A stretch of DNA of 64,000 bases from Neorhizobium sp. UBA7851 (GTDB taxonomy: Bacteria; Pseudomonadota; Alphaproteobacteria; Rhizobiales; Rhizobiaceae), in NCBI GenBank assembly GCA_002500765.1, contig DLSX01000130.1, positions 16,859-80,858 of the forward strand, in the 5' to 3' direction. The position numbers and the translations under genes are program-made. The notes below the pieces were generated by a model. The model was not told the origin of the DNA. It was given only the letters and a program-made list of their open reading frames with translations, and did no database searches. Numbering within the stretch: position 1 is the first letter of the stretch; every line of letters begins with the position of its first letter. Below are positions 31,928 to 42,206 of the stretch, one piece after another.

Positions 31928-32140
31928 GCTCAGGCTGGTTTCCGGGCTGAGGAGTTGTCCCGCAAGGACTGCATGGCACCTTCCCGGGCGGCCGTTCGGC
32001 TCTGTCCCAGTGGCCGGGTCGCCCCTACCATGCCTTCAACTCCACCACCGTTGCGGGGGGCAGCGCCGGATAGATCTCTTCGACCCGCCGGCTTCCCAAT
32101 TTTCCGTCTTCCCTAGCAAGACGGCACCTTGAACTTCATC
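31928..32140 (-). ncRNA. Cobalamin (B12) riboswitch
   Basis: Minus strand, in canonical order: AAGGTGC...GGGAAGCCGG...CCGGCGCTGCCCCCGCAACGGT...GCCACTGGG...CCGGGAAGG...AGCCCGGAAACCAGCC (B12 box). Confidence 0.92.
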
Positions 32141-32243
32141 ACATTTAAGCGTGATGCCGGCTTGTCGCATAGGCGACATTGCGACATCGGCCACTGCATT
32201 GGCGACGACGAAAGACGACCAAAGAAAGCCCAGGAAACCGACT

Positions 32244-32259
32244 GTTAAGGTCTTGCTAA
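32244..32259. promoter_or_regulatory. Possible CtrA site
   Basis: Reverse strand reads TTAG-N7-TTAAC, one mismatch to TTAA-N7-TTAAC. Confidence 0.3.
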
Positions 32260-32296
32260 TAGTGTTCGTCAAAATTCATTGGGAAGAGCCGCCACC

Positions 32297-32905
32297 ATGC
32301 CAGGACAGCTCCGGTATTACGAGGTCAACAGGCAAAGGCCTTTGATGGTGCCGCCAAGCAGCGGCAATGCCCATACAGAATTTCTGCGCACCGGCAGAAT
32401 TTCGCGTTCCCGTCCCATATGGGTCCCGGACGAGCGCCGTTATCTTACCCATGACGAGGTGGCCGAGAAGACGGGCAGGAAACTCGAAACTGCAGGCGAA
32501 GCCACGCATAAGCGGCTGAACAGTTTTCATCGATCGATCCATCTCCCGAAGATCATATTCCATCGCACACTCGAGGGTAGCCCGCATCTGGGCTATTGCC
32601 ACGTAACGGCGGCGCGCACCTTCTTTTCACAGGACGCGATGGTCAGCTGGTCTTTCTACATCGCCAACTTCTCCTCCGAGATTGGCGGCGACGAAGTGTT
32701 TTTCGCGCGAATAAACCCCAGGAATTCCCGCATGTATTTTGCCGTTGCGGTAGAAGGTGAAGCGGGCGAGCAGGCGCGGATCGATCGCAAATGGCGAAAG
32801 AACGGGCTTCTGTTCCAGACGAACAGCCCGCGCGAGGCTATGCGCAACGTGCTGATGCTCGGCGCCCCAAGCGCTGCCGTCCGCGAAATCATCAAAAGGC
32901 TTTGA
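32297..32905 (+). CDS. Conserved rhizobial hypothetical protein (DUF6656-like)
   Basis: ORF with RBS-like GAAGAG and motif PHLGYCHVT. Family name recalled, not verified. Confidence 0.6.
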   Translation: MPGQLRYYEVNRQRPLMVPPSSGNAHTEFLRTGRISRSRPIWVPDERRYLTHDEVAEKTGRKLETAGEATHKRLNSFHRSIHLPKIIFHRTLEGSPHLGYCHVTAARTFFSQDAMVSWSFYIANFSSEIGGDEVFFARINPRNSRMYFAVAVEGEAGEQARIDRKWRKNGLLFQTNSPREAMRNVLMLGAPSAAVREIIKRL

Positions 32906-32936
32906 AGCGCAGGCAGTCCGCTGTATTGACAGCGGC

Positions 32937-33929
32937 ATGACAGCCGAAATCATCGATATCATCCATGAGCCGCAGCGCGCCATCAGCGAGGCGACCCGCG
33001 TGTTAAAAGACGGTTTTCCCGTCGCCATCCCGACCGAGACCGTCTATGGGCTTGCCGCTGATGCGACGCGGGCAGAGGCTATCTCGCGCATCTACGAGAC
33101 CAAGGGGCGGCCTCAGTTCAATCCGCTCATCTGCCATGTCTGCGATATCGAGATGGCCGAGCGTTATGCCGTGTTCGATCCGGTGTCGCGACGGCTGGCC
33201 GAAACCTTCTGGCCTGGTCCGCTGACTATCATCCTGCCGCTGAGGCAAGACAGCACCGTCCATCCGCTTGCAACCGCGGGGCTGGAAACGGTCGGGCTTC
33301 GCTGCCCGGAAGGTTATGCTAACGAGCTGATCCGCGCCTTCGACCGACCGCTTGCGGCGCCGAGCGCCAACACATCCGGCAAGATCAGCCCGACCGCTGC
33401 GCGCCATGTGATGGAAGATCTCGGCGACAAGCTTCAGCTCATCATCAACGGCGGTGTCTCACCGATCGGCGTCGAGTCGACGATTGTGCGTGTCGATCCC
33501 GATACCGGTGCGATCCTGCTCCTGAGACCCGGCGGTCTGGCCGCAATGGAGATTGCCGACGTTGCTGGGCGTGATCTGCAGCGACGCGCCGGCCCTGCCG
33601 CCATCATCGAGGCACCGGGCATGCTTGCCTCCCACTATGCTCCGGGCGCCGCGGTGCGTCTCAACGCGACCTTGATCGAGCCGGGCGAAGCACTGATCCG
33701 CTTCGGGAGCGTGTCGGTTACGGGTATGGAAAAGGCTGCGATCAATCTCGACCTCAGCCCGACGGCCGACCTTGCGCAGGCGGCGGCAAATCTGTTCGAA
33801 TACCTGAAGCGCGCCGATGCCAGCGGTGCTGCCAATATTGCCGTGACACCAATCCCGAATGAAGGATTGGGCGAGGCGATCAATGACAGGCTTGCACGCG
33901 CCGCCGCGCCACGGGACGGAGAGACGTAA
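32937..33929 (+). CDS. tsaC: L-threonylcarbamoyladenylate synthase (Sua5 type)
   Basis: Motifs PTETVYGL, KGRP..NPLI, FWPGPLT, APSAN and PGM..SHYAP. Confidence 0.93.
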   Translation: MTAEIIDIIHEPQRAISEATRVLKDGFPVAIPTETVYGLAADATRAEAISRIYETKGRPQFNPLICHVCDIEMAERYAVFDPVSRRLAETFWPGPLTIILPLRQDSTVHPLATAGLETVGLRCPEGYANELIRAFDRPLAAPSANTSGKISPTAARHVMEDLGDKLQLIINGGVSPIGVESTIVRVDPDTGAILLLRPGGLAAMEIADVAGRDLQRRAGPAAIIEAPGMLASHYAPGAAVRLNATLIEPGEALIRFGSVSVTGMEKAAINLDLSPTADLAQAAANLFEYLKRADASGAANIAVTPIPNEGLGEAINDRLARAAAPRDGET

Positions 33930-33931
33930 TC

Positions 33932-35377
33932 ATGGATAGCGCGAAGGCAGGCTTGAAGATGGCACCGGAACTGATCGACCGCTTTGCTTCAATCGTCGGA
34001 GGCGCCAATGTGATCACGGATGCGGCTGGCCTTGCCCCGCATCTGCAGGAAGACCGTGGCCTCTATAAAGGCGCGTCGCCGATGTTGTTGAAACCTGCAT
34101 CGACGCAGGAAGTCTCGGCTATCCTGAAACTCGCCAGCGCCACCGGTACGGCGATTGTTCCCCAGACCGGAAACACGGGCCTTGTCGGCGGGCAGACGCC
34201 GCGTGCGGGCGGAAACGATATCATCGTTTCTCTCGCCCGGATGAACCGTATCCGTGACGTCGATCCGGTGGCGAATGTGCTGGTGGCCGATGGCGGCGCG
34301 ATCCTTGCCGATGTGCAGAAAGCCGCCGAAGAGGTCAACCGGCTGTTTCCGCTGTCTCTCGGTTCGGAGGGCTCCTGCCGGATCGGCGGCAACTTGTCCA
34401 CCAATGCCGGTGGCACGGCAGTGCTCGCCTATGGCAATATGCGCCAGCTTTGCCTCGGGCTCGAAGTCGTGCTGCCGACCGGTGAAATCTGGGACGGGCT
34501 GCGTCGACTGAAGAAGGACAATACCGGTTACGATCTGCGCGACCTGTTCATCGGAGCGGAAGGCACGCTCGGCATCATTACCGGTGCAGTGCTGAAACTC
34601 TTTCCCCGTCCAGTCGGGCATCAGGTGGCATTCGCCGGCGTCGGCTCCACCGAAGATGCGCTCGCATTGTTCGACAAGGCGTCGACGCTTTGCGGCTCTG
34701 CGCTCACAGGTTTCGAACTGATGCCGCGGATCGGCATCGAGTTTACCACGCGCCATATCGAAGGCGTGCGCGATCCGCTGTCGGAACCGCATCCGTGGTA
34801 TGTCCTGATCGATATTTCGACTTCGGATTCTGCTCAGACCGCCGAGGTAATGGTTCACGCGCTGCTGGAACAGGGTTTTGAGGCAGGTCTGGTCCGCGAT
34901 GCGGTGATCGCAACCTCGGTCGCGCAGCAGAAAGCGCTCTGGACCATGCGCGAAAGCATGTCGGGTGCGCAAAAACCGGAAGGCGGCTCGATCAAGCACG
35001 ACGTTTCGGTGCCGGTGTCGAAAATTCCGCAATTCATGGCCGAGGCCGAAAAGGCGGTTCTGGCCGCCATGCCGGGCGCACGTGTATGCGCCTTCGGCCA
35101 TATGGGTGACGGCAACATCCACTACAACATTTCCCAGCCGGTTGGGGCCGACAAGCAGGCTTTCCTCGACCGCTGGCGCGAGATCAACGAGATCGTGCAT
35201 ACGATCGTGCTCGATGCCGGCGGCTCGATCTCGGCCGAGCACGGCATAGGCCAGCTGAAGCGGGACGAACTTGCGCATGTCCGCTCGCCGATCGAGATGG
35301 AACTGATGTACCGGATCAAGAAATCATTCGATCCGGCCGGCATCATGAACCCCGGCAAGGTCGTTATCGCTCCATGA
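33932..35377 (+). CDS. FAD-linked oxidase (D-2-hydroxyacid dehydrogenase-like)
   Basis: Motifs GNTGLVGG, GAEGTLG, GHMGDGNIH and SAEHGIG. Confidence 0.9.
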   Translation: MDSAKAGLKMAPELIDRFASIVGGANVITDAAGLAPHLQEDRGLYKGASPMLLKPASTQEVSAILKLASATGTAIVPQTGNTGLVGGQTPRAGGNDIIVSLARMNRIRDVDPVANVLVADGGAILADVQKAAEEVNRLFPLSLGSEGSCRIGGNLSTNAGGTAVLAYGNMRQLCLGLEVVLPTGEIWDGLRRLKKDNTGYDLRDLFIGAEGTLGIITGAVLKLFPRPVGHQVAFAGVGSTEDALALFDKASTLCGSALTGFELMPRIGIEFTTRHIEGVRDPLSEPHPWYVLIDISTSDSAQTAEVMVHALLEQGFEAGLVRDAVIATSVAQQKALWTMRESMSGAQKPEGGSIKHDVSVPVSKIPQFMAEAEKAVLAAMPGARVCAFGHMGDGNIHYNISQPVGADKQAFLDRWREINEIVHTIVLDAGGSISAEHGIGQLKRDELAHVRSPIEMELMYRIKKSFDPAGIMNPGKVVIAP

Positions 35378-35754
35378 GCCATATCCGGAAAACCACGATC
35401 CGCATCGATTTCGATATCGGCGTCAGGTTCGGGCCCGGAAAGGCGCAACTGCTCGAACTGATCGAGGAACATGGCTCCATCCGCGCCGCCGGTGCCTCGA
35501 TCGGCATGTCCTACCGGCGCGCATGGCTTTTGGCGGACGAGATCAACCGAATGTTCCGCGAACCTTCAATCTCTACCCGTCACGGCGGCAAAAGCGGCGG
35601 CGGCGCCGGCTTGACCGAATTCGGCAAGGAACTCCTGTCACGGTATCGCCGGATGGAGGCCACCATGCTGAAGGCCGCCGATGAAGACCTGCAATGGCTG
35701 TCGTCCAATATCGACGCAGCTTTCGCCCCCTTCGACAAAAAAGACGACAGCTGA
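35374..35754 (+). CDS. ModE N-terminal-like winged-helix regulator
   Basis: GPGKAQLL...GSIRAAG..MSYRRAW and GGGAGLT. Confidence 0.85.
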   Translation: MSHIRKTTIRIDFDIGVRFGPGKAQLLELIEEHGSIRAAGASIGMSYRRAWLLADEINRMFREPSISTRHGGKSGGGAGLTEFGKELLSRYRRMEATMLKAADEDLQWLSSNIDAAFAPFDKKDDS

Positions 35755-36073
35755 CGCCGCTATAGCTGTCCTTCCGACCTGCCGTATTGGCTGTCACCCG
35801 GTTTTTCCACAGGCCCGAAACCCAAGCTGCAACAGCGTGTCCCGTCGCGATACGACTTCTACACACACTCACGCGTTCATTCTTCGGAAACCGCGATAGT
35901 TGCGGCATTCGGTAACCATCCACCAAGGCAGGTTTTCCTTAACCGCGATTTTTAAGGGGTTTTCGTAAGCCCGCCGCCTAATGTGAGCCCATCAGAGGAC
36001 AAAAGTCCCGCAGAGAAACCGAATACGGGCAACCGGAAACGGCTCTCAGGTAAAACAAGGGTAGCATTAAGCG

Positions 36074-36640
36074 ATGAGCAAAACCGTTCTGAAGCCCGAA
36101 TGGGCAGGGTCGACATTGAGGCTCGATCCGTCTCGTTTTCCGCAGCAAATCACCTATGCGCTGCGCGAGACCTCAGGAGATGTCACGATCACCATCGACG
36201 AGCGCGGCGCAGTGCTGCGCAAGATCCTTCCGGGTAGCGGCCTGCCGCTGTCCTTCGCCCTGCCGGCACGCGCCTTCAAGGGTGTAGCCGCCCGCGCGAT
36301 CGACCATGGCGACGGCGAGGTCACCGTCACGCTCGAACTTCATCACGACGACCCGGATTTGTGCATCCCGCTTCTCGTCGCCCATGACCTCTGCGACATC
36401 GCCGCTGACTGGCGCAGCTGGTCGGAAGCCTTCCGCATTCCGATGCTGATGGTCGAGGCCGATGGTGTTGCCCGCCCGCTCGAAAACCATATTGGCGATG
36501 TACGCGACCACGGCATGAAGCAGCGCCGCCGCCACTCCTATTTCGCCGCAAGGCGTCCCCGTTTCCTCGTTCGCCGCACGACTGGTACGCTTGGCGTTGC
36601 GATGAAGATCGAAGGCCGGGAAATCATCGCGCGCCGGTAG
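36074..36640 (+). CDS. Conserved alphaproteobacterial protein (DUF6101-like)
   Basis: Motifs FKGVAAR, LELHHDDPDLCIPL and RRPRFLVRR. Confidence 0.7.
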   Translation: MSKTVLKPEWAGSTLRLDPSRFPQQITYALRETSGDVTITIDERGAVLRKILPGSGLPLSFALPARAFKGVAARAIDHGDGEVTVTLELHHDDPDLCIPLLVAHDLCDIAADWRSWSEAFRIPMLMVEADGVARPLENHIGDVRDHGMKQRRRHSYFAARRPRFLVRRTTGTLGVAMKIEGREIIARR

Positions 36641-36672
36641 GGCCGTCCCCTAAACCTGCAAGGCGCTGCGCG

Positions 36673-36701
36673 AAGCCCGGCTTTAACAAGCCGGGCTTTT
36701 T
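36673..36701. terminator. Hairpin terminator between convergent genes
   Basis: aagcccggct...agccgggcttttt. Confidence 0.7.
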
Positions 36702-36722
36702 CCGTTGCTGATTTTCTGGACT

Positions 36723-37676
36723 TCAGAAAATGAGCGAGAGAACAAGGCCGGCAAAAAGGATCGCACCGACGCGATTGTTGGAGACGAACAGATCCCGGCA
36801 CTGGGCGGGGTTGCGAATGTCCAGAATAAGAATCTGCCAACCCAGCATGACGGCCATGGTAATCAGCCCGACATAGGCGAAGAAACCTGCACCGGCCGCG
36901 ATGAAGGCCAGAGACAAAAACAGCACCGTCACGCCGTAAAGGCCGACAAGGCAAGGCTTGGCGTTTTCGCCGAACAGACGAGCCGTGGAGCGGACACCGA
37001 TCAGCTCGTCATCCTCGATATCCTGATAGGCGTAGATCGTATCGTAACCGATCGTCCAGGCAACGGCGCCGATATAGAGGAAAACCGGCGCCCAGGAGAG
37101 CGACCCGAAAATCGCCGCCCAGCCCATCAGCGCGCCCCAGGAAAAGGCAAGGCCTAAGAAAAACTGCGGCCAGTCTGTGAAGCGTTTGGCAAAAGGATAA
37201 ATAGCGACGACGGCAAGCGAGGCGATGCCGAGCACGATCGAGAACGTGTTGAACTGGATCAGTACCAGCAGACCAACCAGCGCCTGCAGGACGATGAACA
37301 CCTTGGCGCCGAAACGGGACACGCGCCCCGACGGCAGCGGACGCGAGCGGGTGCGCGCCACTTCCATGTCGATCTCGTGGTCGACGAGATCGTTATAAGT
37401 GCAGCCGGCACCACGCATGGCAACCGAACCGACAAACATCAGGAAGAGATAGAAGATAACCGTGCCTGCCGAAGGCTCCAGGCCATCTGGTGCGGCATCC
37501 GCCGCAAGAGCGATGGACCAGAAGCATGGCCACATCAGAAGCTGCCAGCCGATAGGCCGATCCCAGCGGGCAAGCTGGGAATAGCCCCACAGCGATCGCG
37601 GCAGCACGCGATAGACAAAATTGTCGGAAGGAGCATCGGCCACGCGGGCGCCAAAATCGGGAGCGTTTGTCATCAT
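36723..37676 (-). CDS. ubiA: 4-hydroxybenzoate polyprenyltransferase
   Basis: Motifs RWDRPIG, NDLVDHEID..RTRSRPLPSG and YDTIYAYQD. Confidence 0.95.
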   Translation of the reverse strand: MMTNAPDFGARVADAPSDNFVYRVLPRSLWGYSQLARWDRPIGWQLLMWPCFWSIALAADAAPDGLEPSAGTVIFYLFLMFVGSVAMRGAGCTYNDLVDHEIDMEVARTRSRPLPSGRVSRFGAKVFIVLQALVGLLVLIQFNTFSIVLGIASLAVVAIYPFAKRFTDWPQFFLGLAFSWGALMGWAAIFGSLSWAPVFLYIGAVAWTIGYDTIYAYQDIEDDELIGVRSTARLFGENAKPCLVGLYGVTVLFLSLAFIAAGAGFFAYVGLITMAVMLGWQILILDIRNPAQCRDLFVSNNRVGAILFAGLVLSLIF

Positions 37677-37751
37677 GGTCGAGGTTCTAGCGCCGGGGAT
37701 TTGGGGTGGTCAAGCGGGGGGATTAAGGGGCGAGCTTCCGTCGTTGCAGTT

Positions 37752-37880
37752 GCTCCTCATCCGCCTGCCGGCACCTTCTCCCCGCCCTGACGGGGAGAAG
37801 GACGCAAGCCGCAAACTCCCCACCCAATTGGGGCACCTCCCCTCGCCCCGTTTACGGGGAGAGGGCCAGGGTGAGGGGCA
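37752..37880. repeat. Alphaproteobacterial REP/RIME-like composite palindrome
   Basis: CCTCATCC...CCTTCTCCCCG-N-CGGGGAGAAGG followed by an inverted related unit CCCTCGCCCCG-TTTA-CGGGGAGAGGG...GGGTGAGGGG. Confidence 0.75.
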
Positions 37881-37902
37881 GCGACAAGCCGCAACCGTGC
37901 CG

Positions 37903-39159
37903 TCACACCGCAATCTTGTCCAGCGGCAACCGGCTCTGCTCAAATGCCCGCAATTCCGCTTCCCGCTCGTAGATGTAGTCGCGCGTATCGGGCACGGCCT
38001 GGCGTTTCTTGACGATCTGGATCTGGAAGATGTGAAAGGCCTCATGGGTGAAAGCCATCTCGGACGCCGCAAGATAGAATTCCCACATGCGTACGAAACG
38101 CTCGTCATAAAGCGCGATCGCCTTTTCCTTGTTGGCCATGAAGCGCTCGCGCCAGTGGCGTAGCGTATAGGCGTAATGCATCGGCAGGATTTCGACATCG
38201 GAGACGAGCAGGCCCGCCTTTTCGATCGACGGAATTACTTCCGCAAGCGACGGGATGTAGCCGCCCGGGAAGATATATTTCTCGATCCAGGGATTGTTGT
38301 AGATCGCCGGATAGGGCTGGCCGATCGAATGCAATACCATAATGCCGTCATCCGAAAGGACGTCGTTCACCTTGTTGAAGAACTTGCGATAGTTCAGCCG
38401 GCCGACATGTTCGAACATGCCGACGGAAACGATGCGGTCATAGCTCTTGGTCGGCGGCAGGTAATAATAGTCCTGCAGCTCGAAGCGGACGCTGCCCGCG
38501 AGGCCGCGCTTGGCGGCGCGTTCGCTGGAAATCTTCAGCTGCTCGGTTGACAGCGTGATGCCGGTCACATCAACGCCGCAGCTTTCCGACAGATACATCG
38601 CCATGCCGCCCCAGCCGGAGCCTATTTCGAGCGCCTTCTGGCCGGGTTCGGCCAGAAGCTTTGCCACGATATGGCGCTTTTTGGCGATCTGCGCCTCGTC
38701 CAGCGAGATGCCGGGCGGGTTGAAATAGGCGCAGGAATATTGCCAGTCCTCATCGAGAAACAGCGAGAAAAGCTTCTCGTCGAGATCGTAGTGATGCGAG
38801 ACGTTCTTGCGATTGTGGTTGATCGGAACGCGATTGCGGAACTGAGCCTCGATCATCCGGCCGATACCGCGGACGATCATGCCGAATGTCAGGCCCTCGG
38901 ACAGGGTGTTGTCCTTGATCAGGGCGAGGAAATCGTAAATGTCCCCTTCTTCCACGAGAAGGCGGCCATCCATATAGAGCTGGCCAAGCTGCAACTGCGG
39001 ATCGCGCAGAAGCGCCAGTTCCGATGCTTCGTCGGTGAAGCGGATGGCCACCGATCGACCTCCCCCTCCGCCATATCGCTGTTCGCCTCCCGTCCCACGG
39101 ACGGTGAGAGTACCTATCTTGATGATTTTGCTAAGAAGATCGTGAAGGGACGAGTTCAC
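37903..39159 (-). CDS. cfa: Cyclopropane-fatty-acyl-phospholipid synthase
   Basis: Motifs HHYDL, YSCAYF, LEIGSGWGG, SVGMFEHVG and YIFPGG. Confidence 0.92.
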   Translation of the reverse strand: MNSSLHDLLSKIIKIGTLTVRGTGGEQRYGGGGGRSVAIRFTDEASELALLRDPQLQLGQLYMDGRLLVEEGDIYDFLALIKDNTLSEGLTFGMIVRGIGRMIEAQFRNRVPINHNRKNVSHHYDLDEKLFSLFLDEDWQYSCAYFNPPGISLDEAQIAKKRHIVAKLLAEPGQKALEIGSGWGGMAMYLSESCGVDVTGITLSTEQLKISSERAAKRGLAGSVRFELQDYYYLPPTKSYDRIVSVGMFEHVGRLNYRKFFNKVNDVLSDDGIMVLHSIGQPYPAIYNNPWIEKYIFPGGYIPSLAEVIPSIEKAGLLVSDVEILPMHYAYTLRHWRERFMANKEKAIALYDERFVRMWEFYLAASEMAFTHEAFHIFQIQIVKKRQAVPDTRDYIYEREAELRAFEQSRLPLDKIAV

Positions 39160-39265
39160 GGACCCACCTCCTGAATACTAAGGGAACCTTACTATTTTTC
39201 GAAATCTAGCGTCTATTCGTCGGACTGCAAGCACATTCCGGTCATGAAAATGACACGAAACAGAA

Positions 39266-39292
39266 CGCCGTCAAACGGGTTGTTTGACGGCG
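39266..39292. terminator. Hairpin downstream of tex
   Basis: cgccgtcaaac...gtttgacggcg. Confidence 0.55.
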
Positions 39293-39331
39293 CACACTCA
39301 AAAGTAGCGATGAGCTTTTGACTTGTAGAAT

Positions 39332-41632
39332 TCAGCGCTTTTTTAAAGCTTCCGCGAGCGCTGCGCCGAAAGCGCCTTGTGAAGAAGGTTTTTCAGTCTT
39401 CATGAATTTTTGATTGGAAGGGCGTTCATTTTTGCCCGGACCGCGCGGCGGAGGGGCTGTTTCGCCCCCATCCTTGCGCATCGTCAAGCCGATTCGCTTG
39501 CGCTTGACGTCGACTTCGACGACCCGGACCTTCACCACATCGCCAGCCTTGACCACTTCATGCGGGTCCTTGACGAACTTGTCGGCGAGTTGCGAGACGT
39601 GAACGAGACCATCCTGGTGCACACCGATATCGACGAAAGCGCCGAAGGCCGCGACGTTGGTGACGGTACCTTCCAGCAGCATACCAGGCTTCAGGTCGGT
39701 GATCTCGTCGATGCCATCAGCGAAGGTCGCCGTCTTGAAGCTCGGGCGCGGGTCGCGGCCGGGCTTTTCCAGTTCGGCGATGATGTCCTTGACGGTCGGC
39801 AGACCGAACTGCGCGTCGATGAACTGGCGCGGATCGACGGATTTAAGGGCCGCGCTGTCGCCCATCAATGTGCGCAGGTCACGACCGCAGGCAGCAACGA
39901 TCTTCTTCGCCACGTCATAGGCTTCCGGGTGAACGGAAGAGGCGTCGAGCGGCTCCTTGCCGTTCGGAATACGCAGGAAGCCTGCCGCCTGTTCGAAGGT
40001 GCGGTTGCCGAGGCGGGCGACCTTCAGCAGATCCTTGCGGCTGGCAAAAGCACCGTTGGCGTCGCGATGGGCGACAATGGCTTCAGCGATCGAGCGCGAG
40101 AGACCGGAAACACGGGCAAGAAGCGGCGCGGACGCCATGTTGAGGTCGACGCCGACGGCGTTCACCGCGTCTTCGACGACGGCATCGAGCGACCGGGCGA
40201 GCTTGCCCTGATCGACATCGTGCTGGTACTGGCCGACGCCGATCGCCTTGGGTTCGATCTTGACGAGTTCGGCCAGCGGATCCTGCAGGCGGCGGGCGAT
40301 AGAGACGGCGCCGCGCAACGACACGTCGAGCTGCGGGAATTCGGCAGCGGCCGTTTCCGACGCGGAGTAAACCGAAGCGCCGGCTTCCGACACGATGACC
40401 TTTGTCGGCTTGGTGCCGGGCAAGGACGACAGCATGTCGGCCACCAGCTTTTCCGTCTCGCGGCTGCCGGTGCCGTTACCGATGGCGATCAGTTCGACAT
40501 TGTGCTTGCGGATCAACGAGGCGAGTTCACCTTGAGTGCCGCGCAGGTCGTTCTTCGGCGGGAAAGGATAGACGGTCGAGGTATCGATGAGCTTGCCGGT
40601 GGCATCGACGATCGCAACCTTGACGCCGGTGCGAATGCCCGGATCGAGCCCCATCGTCGCGCGCGAACCGGCCGGGGCAGCCAGCAGCAGATCCTTCAGA
40701 TTGCGGGCGAAGACGTGGATGGCATCTTCTTCCGAGCGCTCACGCATTTCCCGCATCAGGTCAAGCGACAGCGATACGGAGAGTTTCACGCGCCAGGTCC
40801 AGCCGGCGGCTTCCATCAGCCACAGGTCTCCTTTGCCGATGCCACGGATTTCGAAAGCGGCGGCGATGATGCGCTGTGCCGGCTTGACCGGGGACGTATC
40901 GTCGGCATCCACATCGATTGTCAGCGTCAGCATCTCCTCGTTCCAGCCGCGCAGCATGGCGAGCGCGCGGTGGCCGGGAACGGTTGCCCAGCGCTCGGAA
41001 TGGTCGAAATAGTCGGCGAACTTGGCGCCTGCTTCCTGCTTACCATCGACCACCTTTGCACGGAGTACCGCGCCATCGCGCATGTGCTGGCGCAGGCGGC
41101 CGAGGAGATCGGCATTTTCAGAGATGGCTTCGGCAACGATATCGCGCGCGCCATCGAGCGCGGTTTTAATATCGGCCACCTCGCCCTGTATATAGGCCTC
41201 GGCCAGCTTTGCCGGATCAGCAGTCCGGTCCGCCCAGATCGCTTCGGCCAGCGGTCCGAGGCCACGCTCGCGCGCGATCTCTGCACGGGTGCGGCGCTTC
41301 GGCTTGTAGGGAAGATAAAGGTCTTCCAGTTCAGCCTTGGTGACGGCACCGGCAAGTTTTGCCGCCAGTTCGTCAGTCATCTTGCCCTGTGTATTGATGC
41401 TGTCGACGATCGAGGTGCGGCGAGCTTCCAACTCACGCAGGTAAACGAGACGTTCGGCAAGATTGCGCAATTGTGTGTCGTCCAGGCCTCCGGTCACTTC
41501 CTTACGATAGCGCGCGATAAAAGGAACGGTGGCGCCCTCATCCAGCAGGCCGATGGCAGCCTTGGCCTGATCCGGGCGTGCGTTGATCTCGGCAGCAATC
41601 GCAAGGCTGAGTTTCTGGATGTCGGCGGCCAT
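39332..41632 (-). CDS. tex: Tex-like RNA-binding transcription accessory protein
   Basis: Motifs [20 protein letters not shown] and IGVGQYQHD, with a C-terminal S1 domain. Confidence 0.95.
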   Translation of the reverse strand: MAADIQKLSLAIAAEINARPDQAKAAIGLLDEGATVPFIARYRKEVTGGLDDTQLRNLAERLVYLRELEARRTSIVDSINTQGKMTDELAAKLAGAVTKAELEDLYLPYKPKRRTRAEIARERGLGPLAEAIWADRTADPAKLAEAYIQGEVADIKTALDGARDIVAEAISENADLLGRLRQHMRDGAVLRAKVVDGKQEAGAKFADYFDHSERWATVPGHRALAMLRGWNEEMLTLTIDVDADDTSPVKPAQRIIAAAFEIRGIGKGDLWLMEAAGWTWRVKLSVSLSLDLMREMRERSEEDAIHVFARNLKDLLLAAPAGSRATMGLDPGIRTGVKVAIVDATGKLIDTSTVYPFPPKNDLRGTQGELASLIRKHNVELIAIGNGTGSRETEKLVADMLSSLPGTKPTKVIVSEAGASVYSASETAAAEFPQLDVSLRGAVSIARRLQDPLAELVKIEPKAIGVGQYQHDVDQGKLARSLDAVVEDAVNAVGVDLNMASAPLLARVSGLSRSIAEAIVAHRDANGAFASRKDLLKVARLGNRTFEQAAGFLRIPNGKEPLDASSVHPEAYDVAKKIVAACGRDLRTLMGDSAALKSVDPRQFIDAQFGLPTVKDIIAELEKPGRDPRPSFKTATFADGIDEITDLKPGMLLEGTVTNVAAFGAFVDIGVHQDGLVHVSQLADKFVKDPHEVVKAGDVVKVRVVEVDVKRKRIGLTMRKDGGETAPPPRGPGKNERPSNQKFMKTEKPSSQGAFGAALAEALKKR

Positions 41633-41858
41633 GGAAATCCTCGTCAAAATCGGGAGGCGCGACCATAATCAAACTTTGCGGCAAGACAACACCGCCTGCT
41701 CTTATGCTCACAGGATGATGAAAGGCATGTGCCAAAACGTGCCAGCGTTCAGCAAGTGATAACCGTCACTCGGTGGATAAGGACATGATATCTTCTCGCA
41801 TTTGCAGCCCTACCTATAGTTAGCCGAGCCGCATGATGCGGCACGCATGGAGGTATGA

Positions 41859-42059
41859 ATGCCCAGAAGAATCGCCACCCAACTTGCCTGTGATGAGGCG
41901 GTGGGCTCCGAGGAGCTTGAGGCCGCCATCATTTATCTGAGCAAAAAGATCAAAGATGCAGAACGCAGCAACGAACCAATTCCTTTTCTTGCCTATCGAA
42001 ACCGCTTGATTTTCAAAACGACGCTGGCATTGCGTCGGTACGAGCATTTCTCGCTCTAG
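41859..42059 (+). CDS. Small hypothetical protein (66 aa)
   Basis: Strong GGAGGT RBS. Fills the tex-purD gap. Confidence 0.55.
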   Translation: MPRRIATQLACDEAVGSEELEAAIIYLSKKIKDAERSNEPIPFLAYRNRLIFKTTLALRRYEHFSL

Positions 42060-42206
42060 ACATTTTGTAACCATGGCCGTGCCGACCCTGTTGCCCCTTC
42101 GGGGCCGGCCGCCAATCGGGCACATCAACCGCTTATTGCCCGAAACCCTTGACCTTTGCCGCTACGGGCCTTAACCGCCCCTTTGAAACAACCATGAGGG
42201 CGGTTT

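Noticed and set aside
32036..32272. 78-aa minus-strand ORF with a hydrophobic N-terminus
   Set aside because: Overlaps the riboswitch and its promoter region, with no recognisable family.
35911..35956. CtrA site upstream of the DUF6101-like gene
   Set aside because: The TTAA half-sites are 9 nt apart rather than 7. Only half-site matches.
39410..41668. 752-aa plus-strand ORF, and similar long ORFs at 30555-32132, 33989-35278, 17444-18607 and 58285-59562
   Set aside because: Antisense shadows of well-supported genes. These are common in high-GC DNA and carry no motifs.
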